Shown in pieces: positions 29,776 to 38,372 of a DNA stretch of 64,000 nt. Made by a program: the position numbers and the translations under genes. The DNA comes from Terriglobia bacterium (GTDB lineage Bacteria > Acidobacteriota > UBA6911), in contig JAIQGI010000010.1 in the NCBI GenBank assembly GCA_020072565.1, forward strand, positions 64,592 through 128,591, given 5' to 3'. Position 1 is the first letter of the stretch; each line of letters starts with the position of its first letter. Under the pieces are notes generated by a model. It saw only the letters and a program-made list of their open reading frames with translations, had not been told where the DNA came from and searched no databases.

Positions 29776-30148
29776 CGGCCTCTACGGACGCGTCTCGCCG
29801 CGGAAAATCATGAGCGAAGTGATTCGCGAGCGACCTGGACCGGCCCGCCCCCGCCGTGCCGCGATGCCAAAGCGCTACTCGCACAGCCTCCTGTGCCCGC
29901 GCTCGGGGAATCCGTGAAATATTTTCACAAAGTCGGCACCCCGCGGCATTGTTTTTGTGTATCATCCCAAGGATGGCGGACACCGGAAGCGCCAGCAGAT
30001 TACGCCGGATCCCTACTTTTTCCGCGCCGCACGTTCGTCGTCAGCGGGATTCGATCCTCGAACGCACTCTAATTAGATTTTTTTAACTTTATGCATCACT
30101 GCACAGGATCCAGGGATTGATGCGGAGGGCGATCCTCAGGAAAACACC

Positions 30149-31264
30149 ATGCCCATAGAAGTAAAAAAAGTCGAAACCAAAAAGGAACTCGCAGAGTTTA
30201 TCGATTTGCCCTGGAAGATTTATAAACAGTATCCCCACTGGGTCCCGCCACTGAAGAATGAAGTTGAAAGATTGGTCACTCCCGGGAAAAACCCGTTCTG
30301 GAACCATGCGGAAAGAGAGCTCTATATCGCCATCAGCGACCGCAATGTCGCCGGAAGAATCGCTGCGATAAGAGATGACAACCACGATAGGGTTCACAAT
30401 GAGAAGGCGGGATTCTTCGGCTTTTTCGAAACTACAGAAAAGTACGATGTAGCCAGAGCTTTGTTTGACGCAGCGGCGGTCTGGTGCAGGGCCAGAGGGT
30501 GTGCCTTTATGCGAGGGCCCGCGAGTCCTAGTTCCAACGACGAATATGGCTTCCTGCTGGAAGGCTTTGACAAAGACCCCGCGCTCATGATGCCGTACAA
30601 TCCCGAATACTATCTTGAGTATTCAGAAAAGTACGGTTTTATAAAGGCAAAAGATCTATTTGCATTCCTGAAAGGGTCTGCGACCTCGATACCTGCGAGG
30701 ATCGAGAAGATCATGGAAAGGGCGAAAAAAAGCTCCCCATTTGTTCTCCGTTCCATTGATCCAAAGAACTTCAAGCGGGATGTAGAGATCATAAAAACAG
30801 TCTATAACCTCGCCTGGGAGAATAACTGGGGTTTTGTTCCCATGACAGACGAGGAGATGGATTTGTCCGCAGCAAGCCTGAGACCGTTTTATGATCCGGA
30901 TTTGATCATAATTGCCGAATTGGATGGCAAGCCTGCCGGAGTCGGGCTCACAGTCCCGAATGCCAACGAAGTCCTAAAAAAGCTTAACGGGAAAATGAAC
31001 CTCTGGGGAATGGTCAAGTTTTTATGGTACAAGCGGAATATCAGAGGCTGCAGAGCCCTTGTCGGCGGCTGTCTGCCCGAATACCGGAAGACGGGTCTCA
31101 TAGCGGAAATATTCCATGAGACAATGGTGAGAGCAAATGGCAGATACGCATGGTGCGAACTTGGCTGGAATCTCGAGGATAACGATCTGATTAATAAGTT
31201 CGACGCGGAAATTGGCGGCGTGCTATATAAGAAGTACAGGCTTTATCAAATGGCACTATCCTGA
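30149..31264 (+). CDS. GNAT-fold acyltransferase-like protein on a low-GC island
   Basis: 371-aa ORF, markedly AT-richer than its flanks (roughly 45% vs 65% GC by eye) with Lys/Glu/Tyr-rich composition. Resembles a family of about 370-aa GNAT-like proteins. Function unassigned. Confidence 0.45.
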   Translation: MPIEVKKVETKKELAEFIDLPWKIYKQYPHWVPPLKNEVERLVTPGKNPFWNHAERELYIAISDRNVAGRIAAIRDDNHDRVHNEKAGFFGFFETTEKYDVARALFDAAAVWCRARGCAFMRGPASPSSNDEYGFLLEGFDKDPALMMPYNPEYYLEYSEKYGFIKAKDLFAFLKGSATSIPARIEKIMERAKKSSPFVLRSIDPKNFKRDVEIIKTVYNLAWENNWGFVPMTDEEMDLSAASLRPFYDPDLIIIAELDGKPAGVGLTVPNANEVLKKLNGKMNLWGMVKFLWYKRNIRGCRALVGGCLPEYRKTGLIAEIFHETMVRANGRYAWCELGWNLEDNDLINKFDAEIGGVLYKKYRLYQMALS

Positions 31265-31299
31265 ATGATCAATGATGAGTAGTGCTACAATAGCCGCCC

Positions 31300-32511
31300 A
31301 TGACCCGATGCCCATCTTGTGCAGCCATCGTAGCGGTCGGCAGGCCAAGCTGCCCGTCGTGCGGGAAGGAGCTTGAGGCGGTCACTTCCGAAGATGCGCT
31401 GCTCGCGCAACTCGCCGAGGAATTTACCTGCGCTGCGCGGGAGGGGCGGAATCCGGGCATCGAGGAATACGCGCTCAGAATGATCGACGGGCGCGGCCGG
31501 GCGCGCATCACGGATTTCGGTCTGGCGGCTTTGGCCAGCCAGCGGCCCGGCGACGTCCTTCGTGCGGGCACTCCGGCCTACATGGCTCCTGAGCAACTTG
31601 CGGGCCAGGAGGCCTCGGTCAAGAGTGACGTCTATGCCCTTGGCCTGGTCCTGTATGAGATCTTTACCGGCCAGCGGGCATTCAAGGCCGACAGTTTCCC
31701 GGAACTTGACCGGCTCCGCGAGCGGAACGTCCTGGCTCGGCCATCAAGCCTGGCCAAGGGCATCCACTCCTCGGTCGAGAGCATCATTCTGCGCTGCCTG
31801 GACAAAGATCCCAATGCAAGGCCATCGGCATTCCAGATCGCCGCGGCGCTCCCAGGACGGGATCCGCTGGCGGAGGCACTGGCAGCCGGTGAAACCCCTT
31901 CCCCCGAGATGGTGGCGGCGTCACCGATGCAAGGAGCCCTGAGGCCGGCCGTGGCGGTGGCTTGCCTGGCGGCACTGGTTCTGTGCCTTCTGCTCATGAT
32001 TCCTTCGTCGCGGGGCATGCTGCACCGTCTCACGCCATTCGAGTTGTCTCCGCAGATCCTCGCCGATCGCGCCGCCACGATCGCGAAGAACCTGGGTTTC
32101 CTCAAACCACCGGCCGACAGCGCATTTGGATTTGGCCGCAATGACGAGTTCCTGGACTATGTCGCGAATCACGATTTCTCGCCCTCCCGGTGGGAGAAGT
32201 TGCGCGATGGCAGGCCGGCGGCGCTGTATTTCTGGTATCGCAAGAGCCCCAGCCCCCTGGTGGCATACAGCCTGGGCCGAATCTCGCCGACTGATCCGCC
32301 GCTCGAAATCCCCAACATGGTAACCATCTTGCTCGACACGCACGCACGCTCGATCGAGTACCAGGCCGTCCCGTCCGAAGTAGAGAATGTCCGCACGCCG
32401 CCGCCAGAGCCCAAGTGGGATGCCCTGTCTGACCGGCCTTCCTCTCTGATTCTGGATGTTCCGCAGACCAGGCTGCATTCAGCTGGCAGAGAGCGGACCG
32501 GCGCCCTATAA
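31300..32511 (+). CDS. degenerate Hanks-type kinase-like membrane protein (N-terminal zinc ribbon, C-lobe-only kinase remnant, TM helix)
   Basis: N-terminal CPSC-x13-CPSC zinc-ribbon. Retains DFG (ITDFGLA), APE-like (TPAYMAPEQ), DVYALGLVLYE and C-lobe motifs. Lacks the Gly-rich loop, VAIK lysine and HRD catalytic loop. One TM helix (VAVACLAALVLCLLLMI) and a roughly 160-aa C-terminal extracytoplasmic region. Confidence 0.6.
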   Translation: MTRCPSCAAIVAVGRPSCPSCGKELEAVTSEDALLAQLAEEFTCAAREGRNPGIEEYALRMIDGRGRARITDFGLAALASQRPGDVLRAGTPAYMAPEQLAGQEASVKSDVYALGLVLYEIFTGQRAFKADSFPELDRLRERNVLARPSSLAKGIHSSVESIILRCLDKDPNARPSAFQIAAALPGRDPLAEALAAGETPSPEMVAASPMQGALRPAVAVACLAALVLCLLLMIPSSRGMLHRLTPFELSPQILADRAATIAKNLGFLKPPADSAFGFGRNDEFLDYVANHDFSPSRWEKLRDGRPAALYFWYRKSPSPLVAYSLGRISPTDPPLEIPNMVTILLDTHARSIEYQAVPSEVENVRTPPPEPKWDALSDRPSSLILDVPQTRLHSAGRERTGAL

Positions 32512-32569
32512 TGGGCCCCGTCCGTATGGCCAACCTTAAACCGGGGACAACCAGTTGCTCCGAGATCGG

Positions 32570-33697
32570 ATGGAAATGATGACCGACGTTTACCAGAAGC
32601 TTGCCGGCCACCTGGACAACCTTCCCGGCGGATTTCCTCCAACGGAAAGCGGCGTGGAATTGCGCATACTGCGCAGACTGTTCACTCCGGAGGAAGCCGA
32701 GCTCGCCGTACATGTAAGCCTGATCCCTGAAGAAGCCGGCGTGATTTCGCGGCGCGCCAGAATCGGACGTGCCGAGGCGGAACAGCGCCTGGCCGGGATG
32801 GCCCGGAAGGGGCTGATCATCGGCCTTTGCCCCGAGGCGAAGCCGGCCCTATACATGGCCGCTCAATTTGTCATCGGCATCTGGGAATTCCACGTGAACA
32901 GCCTCGACCCGGAACTCGTCCGGGAATTCAATGAATACCTCCCGGTGTTGTTCCGTGAAGCCTGGAAGTTCCCGCAATTGCGCACGATCCCGGTAAACCG
33001 CAGCCTGGACCATCAGCTGACCATTCTCCCGTATGAAAGGGCGGAGGAGCTGGTGCGCAGGGCAAGCAAGATTGTGGTGGCTCCCTGCATCTGCAGGCGC
33101 GAGCGGGGCATGGCCGGCGAAGGCTGCAGTAAACTCGGGGAAGCCTGTCTGGTTTTCGGGTTGGGCGCCGACTTGTATCAGCGCAACGGATTGGGAAGGC
33201 CCATAGGACGGGAGGAGGCTCTCGACATCCTCGCCCGCGCGGATGAGGCCGGACTTGTGCTGCAGCCAGGCAATGCTCAGGAGCCTACGAACATCTGCTG
33301 CTGCTGTGGCTGTTGCTGCGGCGTGCTGGGGAGCCTCAAGACTTATCCCCGGCCCGCCGAACTGGTTTCCTCTCCCTTCAGGGCAGTGGCCAGATCCGAG
33401 TCCTGCATCGGTTGCGGCGCCTGCACGACCCGCTGCCAGATGGGCGCTCTGCAGCTGGAAAGCGAAAGGGTGGCGCTGAATTCCGATCGGTGCATCGGTT
33501 GCGGCCTCTGTGTCTCCACCTGTCCCACGGACTCCCTGACGCTGGCGCGGAAACCTGTGTCGGAGCAACCCCGAGTGCCCAAGGATGGAATCCGGTCCCT
33601 GATTCAACTCGGAAAGACGCGAGGCAAGCTCGGTGGTGCGGATCTTGCGTGGATGATGGTCAAGTCCAAAATGGAACGGCTGCTGGCTTCCCGCTAG
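32570..33697 (+). CDS. 4Fe-4S dicluster ferredoxin-domain protein with polycysteine insert
   Basis: Two CxxCxxCxxxCP motifs (CIGCGACTTRCQ; CIGCGLCVSTCP), an extra CICRRERGMAGEGC, and a CCCCGCCCG run. Track start TTG 32555; ATG 32570 chosen (alternatives 32576, 32579). Confidence 0.65.
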   Translation: MEMMTDVYQKLAGHLDNLPGGFPPTESGVELRILRRLFTPEEAELAVHVSLIPEEAGVISRRARIGRAEAEQRLAGMARKGLIIGLCPEAKPALYMAAQFVIGIWEFHVNSLDPELVREFNEYLPVLFREAWKFPQLRTIPVNRSLDHQLTILPYERAEELVRRASKIVVAPCICRRERGMAGEGCSKLGEACLVFGLGADLYQRNGLGRPIGREEALDILARADEAGLVLQPGNAQEPTNICCCCGCCCGVLGSLKTYPRPAELVSSPFRAVARSESCIGCGACTTRCQMGALQLESERVALNSDRCIGCGLCVSTCPTDSLTLARKPVSEQPRVPKDGIRSLIQLGKTRGKLGGADLAWMMVKSKMERLLASR

Positions 33698-34280
33698 GAG
33701 CCTTGATCAGGATATCCAGTAGCGCCACGGTCGAATCCTGTCTCAGATCAGGCATGGTAGACAAAATTGGGGGCGCAAGCTTTATCGTCTTTCCCGCAAT
33801 CAAATCCTTTAACACGGCTTCTGTCACCTGCTGTGGATGGGTGATGCCTGCGATCCTGCCATTCCGATCCACGAGAACCGTGTGCGGAATTCCTATTACA
33901 TCGTAGGCCTTGAACTGCGAGCGGCTCGGATTCAGCGCAACCCACCCTGAGATCGGGCGCGTCGCCAGGAATTTTGCTACCTTATCCCGGTCTTCATCAG
34001 TGATCGAGAGGAACTGGACCGGACGGCCGGCGAGCTTTGCGGCCAGTTCGTTCAGGTGAGGGATTTGCTCGATGCATGGTCCGCACCAGGTGGCCCAGAA
34101 CTCCAGGACAACAGCCTTCCCCCGGAGCGAATCCCAGGTAGGCGAGCCGGCCGGCTGCGACGACAGAATCGTCTCCAGCGCCAGCGGAGGCGCGTGCTCT
34201 CCTACTTTCGGGGCACTCGTTTGCGCATTGACAGCCACTGCCATACACACCAAAGCCAGGAGAATCCGATAGAGGATCAT
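33660..34280 (-). CDS. TlpA/ResA-like periplasmic thiol:disulfide oxidoreductase (thioredoxin fold)
   Basis: WCGPC active site (FWATWCGPCIEQIPHL). Start moved from 34436 to ATG 34280, which has an AGGAG SD 7 nt upstream and yields a signal peptide (MILYRILLALVCMAVAVNAQ). Converges on the Fe-S gene with a 38-nt overlap. Confidence 0.8.
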   Translation of the reverse strand: MILYRILLALVCMAVAVNAQTSAPKVGEHAPPLALETILSSQPAGSPTWDSLRGKAVVLEFWATWCGPCIEQIPHLNELAAKLAGRPVQFLSITDEDRDKVAKFLATRPISGWVALNPSRSQFKAYDVIGIPHTVLVDRNGRIAGITHPQQVTEAVLKDLIAGKTIKLAPPILSTMPDLRQDSTVALLDILIKAPSGKPAAVPFWT

Positions 34281-34375
34281 GAGCGGACTCCTATTTAATG
34301 CGGTCCGTCGCACCGACTGCGAACGCACTTCCCGTCCCCGCGCTCGCACTATAGGACGGTTGATGAGTAACGGGT

Positions 34376-35092
34376 CTAGGCGGATTTTCCCAGCTTTGAC
34401 CGGGCATTGGCGCTGGCCGCCAGGAGAGTGATCCAACTCCCTTTACGCCGGAGATATCCTTCGGCTTCGAGCTCGCCCAGCATTTTCCAGATCCATTGCC
34501 GCGAGCAGCCGACTTTGTCGGCCAGATCCTGCATCGACAAGGGGAGCCTGATCCTGACGCCTTGGGGCGTTAGGGCACCGCAATTCTCCGAGATTTCCCG
34601 AAGGGCGAGCAGCAGCCGTCGGCCGGACGGCAGCCCGCCGGCATGGTCATTGAGCCGGCTCGCCAACTTCAGGACCTGCTGACTGACCGTCTTCAGCAGT
34701 TCCAGGGAGAGCAGCGGACTCGTCGTGAGGAGTGAAAGAAATGCGTCGGCGTTCACCCACTCAAGATCGCATTCTTCGAGGGTTTCAACGCTGTTCTTGT
34801 GAGGAGTTCCGGTCACAACTTCCGGCACACCCAGCAGGGTTCCCGGACCGACCAGGTCCGCGACGGCCTTGCCGGACGCCGACACGTGCGACAAGCGGAG
34901 CCATCCTGCCCTCACCATGAAGACTTCGCGGGCGACCTCGCCTTGCTGGACGATCAGGTAACCCCGGCCGTAGAATCCCCTCTCGGTGACTGCCTGGACA
35001 ATGGGGGACGAGAAGAAGTTGCACTTCGCCTGCGCTGCGCAGTCAACGCAGCGAGCGGAACTGCCGCCATTTTCCGCGTCTCTCATAGGCAT
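34376..35092 (-). CDS. Crp/Fnr-family transcriptional regulator with FNR-type N-terminal Cys cluster
   Basis: cNMP-binding beta-roll plus C-terminal HTH (SMQDLADKVGCSRQWIWKMLGELEAEGYL). N-terminal C-x2-C-x5-C (CVDCAAQAKC) has the same spacing as the E. coli FNR [4Fe-4S] ligands; a further Cys lies mid-protein. Confidence 0.75.
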   Translation of the reverse strand: MPMRDAENGGSSARCVDCAAQAKCNFFSSPIVQAVTERGFYGRGYLIVQQGEVAREVFMVRAGWLRLSHVSASGKAVADLVGPGTLLGVPEVVTGTPHKNSVETLEECDLEWVNADAFLSLLTTSPLLSLELLKTVSQQVLKLASRLNDHAGGLPSGRRLLLALREISENCGALTPQGVRIRLPLSMQDLADKVGCSRQWIWKMLGELEAEGYLRRKGSWITLLAASANARSKLGKSA

Positions 35093-35951
35093 ATGCCTTC
35101 AAACTCAGTGCCAAGCGAGCGGACCCTGATCGGTTAGAGAATCCTAAGAAAGCTATCGATAACTCCCACCCGATGTCGCGCATCGGGTGACCGTCCTGCG
35201 CCTGGACTTCCGACCGAATCAGATCGTCGGGGACATCCGCCTTCTATCGCTTCCGATTCGAGAAATCCACCTGCCAGGTTACGATCGTTTCGCTTTCCAA
35301 GAACCGCCCGGCCTCAGCCGGTCAATGAAGGGACATCCTCATTTCAACATATGGCTTGCCCATTTGGAACTAGGATGATTCCTAGTCGACGGCGATTTCC
35401 TTCGAGGGTCAGCCAGGGCATTCACATAGACTGCCCGCTCGCTGCGTGCAGTTCTAAACGCCTTGCCTGGGGCCTTTGTTCTCGAACCAGCAGGATCAGA
35501 ACTCGAGTGGCAACCAGGCCGTTTGCCCGCACCTCTAAAAGCACCGGGAGTTCTTGTCCCGCAGCACAGTCTCCATGAAATTATCCGTGGCAGGCTTTTG
35601 TTTGTGCGAGGTCTCTTTCTTAACCGGCGCCTTAGGAATCAAATGTCAACCAGTTGACAGAGACTGTCAGCTACTTGCTACCTTTAGCGTTCTACCCATG
35701 TTACTCAGTCGTGATAATGAAGCTTGTCTTCATACGGGAGAACGGGTGCACAGGCCAGAATGCGGGGGTATCCTTCCTCCGCTTAGATTTTGGCACTGAG
35801 CACGGTTCTCATTGTATCGATTGTGAATCAAGACGTATGAACTGTCTTTCTTCGAATCGTCAACCAGCAGAAATGTTCTCCTCAAACCGCGAGTGCGGTG
35901 AACTGAGCAGGACTGACGGGAGGGGTGGCCGACATCCCGAGGAGAGAACCT

Positions 35952-38240
35952 ATGAGATTCATGAGAGGTTTGAAACTCACAAGACGTGAGTTTGTCAGGA
36001 CGACCGCAATTGGCGCGGCAGGGCTTCTTGCGTACAAAGCAAGCCTGCGCAATGCCTACGCGTTTTACCAGAGCCCGCGGATTCCGCTGTTCAAGACCAG
36101 GCTGCGCGGCGTGGGTCCCGGAGGCATTCCAGTGGCTCTGGCTGATCCTACACCGGCGCCGGTTACCGGCGTAACCCATTACACTATTGGCATCCAGCAG
36201 TTCCAGGACCAGATCACTCCGCCTGCGGCAAGGATGTTCCCGACAACCTTTTGGGGCTTTGTTCCGACGATCGGACTGGGGGGGAACGTCACTCCCACTC
36301 ACCTGGGCGGGATCATCGTGGCCCATAGAGAGGCGGGACCAATCCAGATCACGTTCCGGAACCAACTATTCAGCAACATCGTATACAGACACATCATACC
36401 TGTCGATACCACCATCCCGGGCGCGAACCAGGCGATCAATCGGACGGCCACCCACTTGCACGGCGGTCTGGTCCCTTGGATCAGCGACGGAGGGCCGTTT
36501 GACTGGTGGAATCCCGATGGGCTGCATGGCGCGAGTTTTCTCAACAACCAAACCTTGAATCCGGGAGCCGCGGATAACGAGGCCGAATATTACTACCCTC
36601 TGAACCAGAGCGCGCGGTTCATGTGGTATCACGACCATGCGGTCGGCATCACACGGCTGAACGCCTATGCCGGAATTGCTTCGGCAATGCTGATCCGGGA
36701 TTCATTTGAAGCGAGTCTCATTAACGCCGGTTTGCCGAACTACATCGAGGCCGGAGGCAATGAGATCCCGCTGGTTTTCCAGGACAAGATTTTCGTCGGC
36801 AACGATATCAACCAGAAAGACAAACTTTGGAACAACATAGTCGCGCACGTGGCCACGAGCCCGGGCAGTCTGTGGTATGCCCATACCTATGAGCCCAACC
36901 AGAACAGCGGCATTGGGCGCTGGGATTTGGGGGCAGGTGGTCTCACTCTTCCCGATCCATCATCAATTCCCGAGTTCTTCGGAGACACGATGCTAGTTAA
37001 TGGAACCGTTTTCCCCGAGGCTAGAGTCGAGGCGCGCCGCTATCGGCTGCGGCTTCTGAACGCCTGTAACGCCCGGTTCCTCAACCTGCAGCTTTACGTG
37101 GATGACGGCAGCCCCAACGGGATCACGTTGGACCGCAGCGGCATACCGACCAACATGCCATTCATCTGGAGGAACAGCAGCGACGCACAGCTATCTGGGA
37201 AGGCGGCATATCTGCAGATCGGGACTGAGGGGGGGTTCCTGGCGCGGCCGGCGCTGATACCAAGCAACATTCCGTTCCAACTTCCACCGGGACAGCCCGA
37301 TCCGGTGACCGGGTCCGTCGACCCGTCCAAAGTTCAAAAATCGTTGATCGTGGCTCCCGCGGAACGGCCCGACCTCCTGATCGATTTCTCAGGATACGCG
37401 GGGCAGAGCCTCATTCTCTACTCCGATGCACCCGCGCCGTTCCCGAGCGGGGATGATCGCAACGACTACTTCCCGGGCTGGAATGTCGGGAGCGGGTTGT
37501 TTGGAGTCGGCAATCCGGTCAACGGAACCACGCAAGCCGGGTATGGCCCCAACACACGGGTCCTCATGCGCTTCAAGGTTGTCGCTGCCACAGGCAGCGA
37601 TGCGCCTCTGAAGATCAACACCTCGACCGACTTGACCAAAGGAATCGACCCGCTCTTTGTACGGCCGGGCCGTGCCAATGTCCCGGGAAACATTCCACGC
37701 CGCTTTAAAAGCCTGAACGAGTATTTCGACGCCTATGGGCGGCTCGTCCAGATCCTCGGCAATGAGGCGGCACCCTTGGGCTCGCCCTATTTTGGGTACG
37801 CAGCCTATATTGATGGCCCTGGGAACGGGAAAAATGTGGGCGCCACCGCAGAGAATGTCAGTGCGGGCAGTACGGAAATCTGGGAGGTTTTTAACACCAC
37901 CGGCGATACGCACCCGATGCACTTCCACCTGGTGAACGTCCAGATTATCAACCGGCAGGTAGTGAATGTCACCAGTGGCCCGCCTTATCTGCCCACCGGC
38001 CCGGTAATCCCGCCTGAACCGAATGAGACGGGGTGGAAGGAGACGGTGCCGATGTATCCGGGAACAGTGACCCGGGTCATCATGAAGTTTGACCTGTCGC
38101 AGGCGCAGATCAAGACCGCGGCAGGCGTTGTCATTCCGACGCCTGCAAGCCCACGGACCGGCGGCGTCGAGTATGTGTGGCACTGCCATATCCTCGAGCA
38201 TGAAGAACATGACATGATGCACGCGCTGGTAGTGACCTAG
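35952..38240 (+). CDS. Tat-exported multicopper oxidase (large, about 760 aa)
   Basis: Twin-arginine signal (TRREFVRTTAIGAAGLLA). Copper-ligand motifs HLHGG, HDHAV, HPMHFHL and HCHILEHEEHDMM. Start moved to ATG 35952, preceded by a GAGGAG SD. Confidence 0.85.
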   Translation: MRFMRGLKLTRREFVRTTAIGAAGLLAYKASLRNAYAFYQSPRIPLFKTRLRGVGPGGIPVALADPTPAPVTGVTHYTIGIQQFQDQITPPAARMFPTTFWGFVPTIGLGGNVTPTHLGGIIVAHREAGPIQITFRNQLFSNIVYRHIIPVDTTIPGANQAINRTATHLHGGLVPWISDGGPFDWWNPDGLHGASFLNNQTLNPGAADNEAEYYYPLNQSARFMWYHDHAVGITRLNAYAGIASAMLIRDSFEASLINAGLPNYIEAGGNEIPLVFQDKIFVGNDINQKDKLWNNIVAHVATSPGSLWYAHTYEPNQNSGIGRWDLGAGGLTLPDPSSIPEFFGDTMLVNGTVFPEARVEARRYRLRLLNACNARFLNLQLYVDDGSPNGITLDRSGIPTNMPFIWRNSSDAQLSGKAAYLQIGTEGGFLARPALIPSNIPFQLPPGQPDPVTGSVDPSKVQKSLIVAPAERPDLLIDFSGYAGQSLILYSDAPAPFPSGDDRNDYFPGWNVGSGLFGVGNPVNGTTQAGYGPNTRVLMRFKVVAATGSDAPLKINTSTDLTKGIDPLFVRPGRANVPGNIPRRFKSLNEYFDAYGRLVQILGNEAAPLGSPYFGYAAYIDGPGNGKNVGATAENVSAGSTEIWEVFNTTGDTHPMHFHLVNVQIINRQVVNVTSGPPYLPTGPVIPPEPNETGWKETVPMYPGTVTRVIMKFDLSQAQIKTAAGVVIPTPASPRTGGVEYVWHCHILEHEEHDMMHALVVT

Positions 38241-38372
38241 TTGCGACAACGGTGCGGCCTTGGAGTGTGGCGGCGCAACGCCGCTTTCAGCTTTCGTAAT
38301 CTCCAAAGCGGCGGCATGCCGCCGCACTTCAAGGAGCCTGCGGCGCGGAGACAGGCGCGAGGGAAATCGGAT

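Noticed and set aside
30040-30075. tRNA-like T-arm fragment (GCGGGATTCGATCCTCG) at the left edge of the low-GC island, as a possible integration att remnant
   Set aside because: The stem arms are not complementary and no acceptor/CCA context could be built. Resemblance to GGTTCGAATCC is too weak to call a tRNA fragment.
29776-31300. Hypothesis that the low-GC island inserted into, and split, a kinase gene
   Set aside because: No kinase N-lobe motifs (GxGxxG, VAIK, HRD) are encoded in any frame in 29776-30148 upstream of the island. The zinc-ribbon N-terminus may instead be the native architecture. Left as an open alternative in the finding.
35370-35385. CTAGGA-TGAT-TCCTAG palindrome in the fnr/MCO divergent spacer
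   Set aside because: A 6-bp inverted repeat with a 4-nt spacer is expected many times by chance in 64 kb. No similarity to FNR/CRP, CueR, CsoR or CopY consensus sites.
35645-35669. Overlapping palindromes GTCAAC-CA-GTTGAC and TGACAG-AGA-CTGTCA about 280 nt upstream of the multicopper oxidase gene
   Set aside because: Suggestive of an operator, but each is only a 6-bp inverted repeat and matches no known metal-regulator consensus. Statistically weak without further copies.
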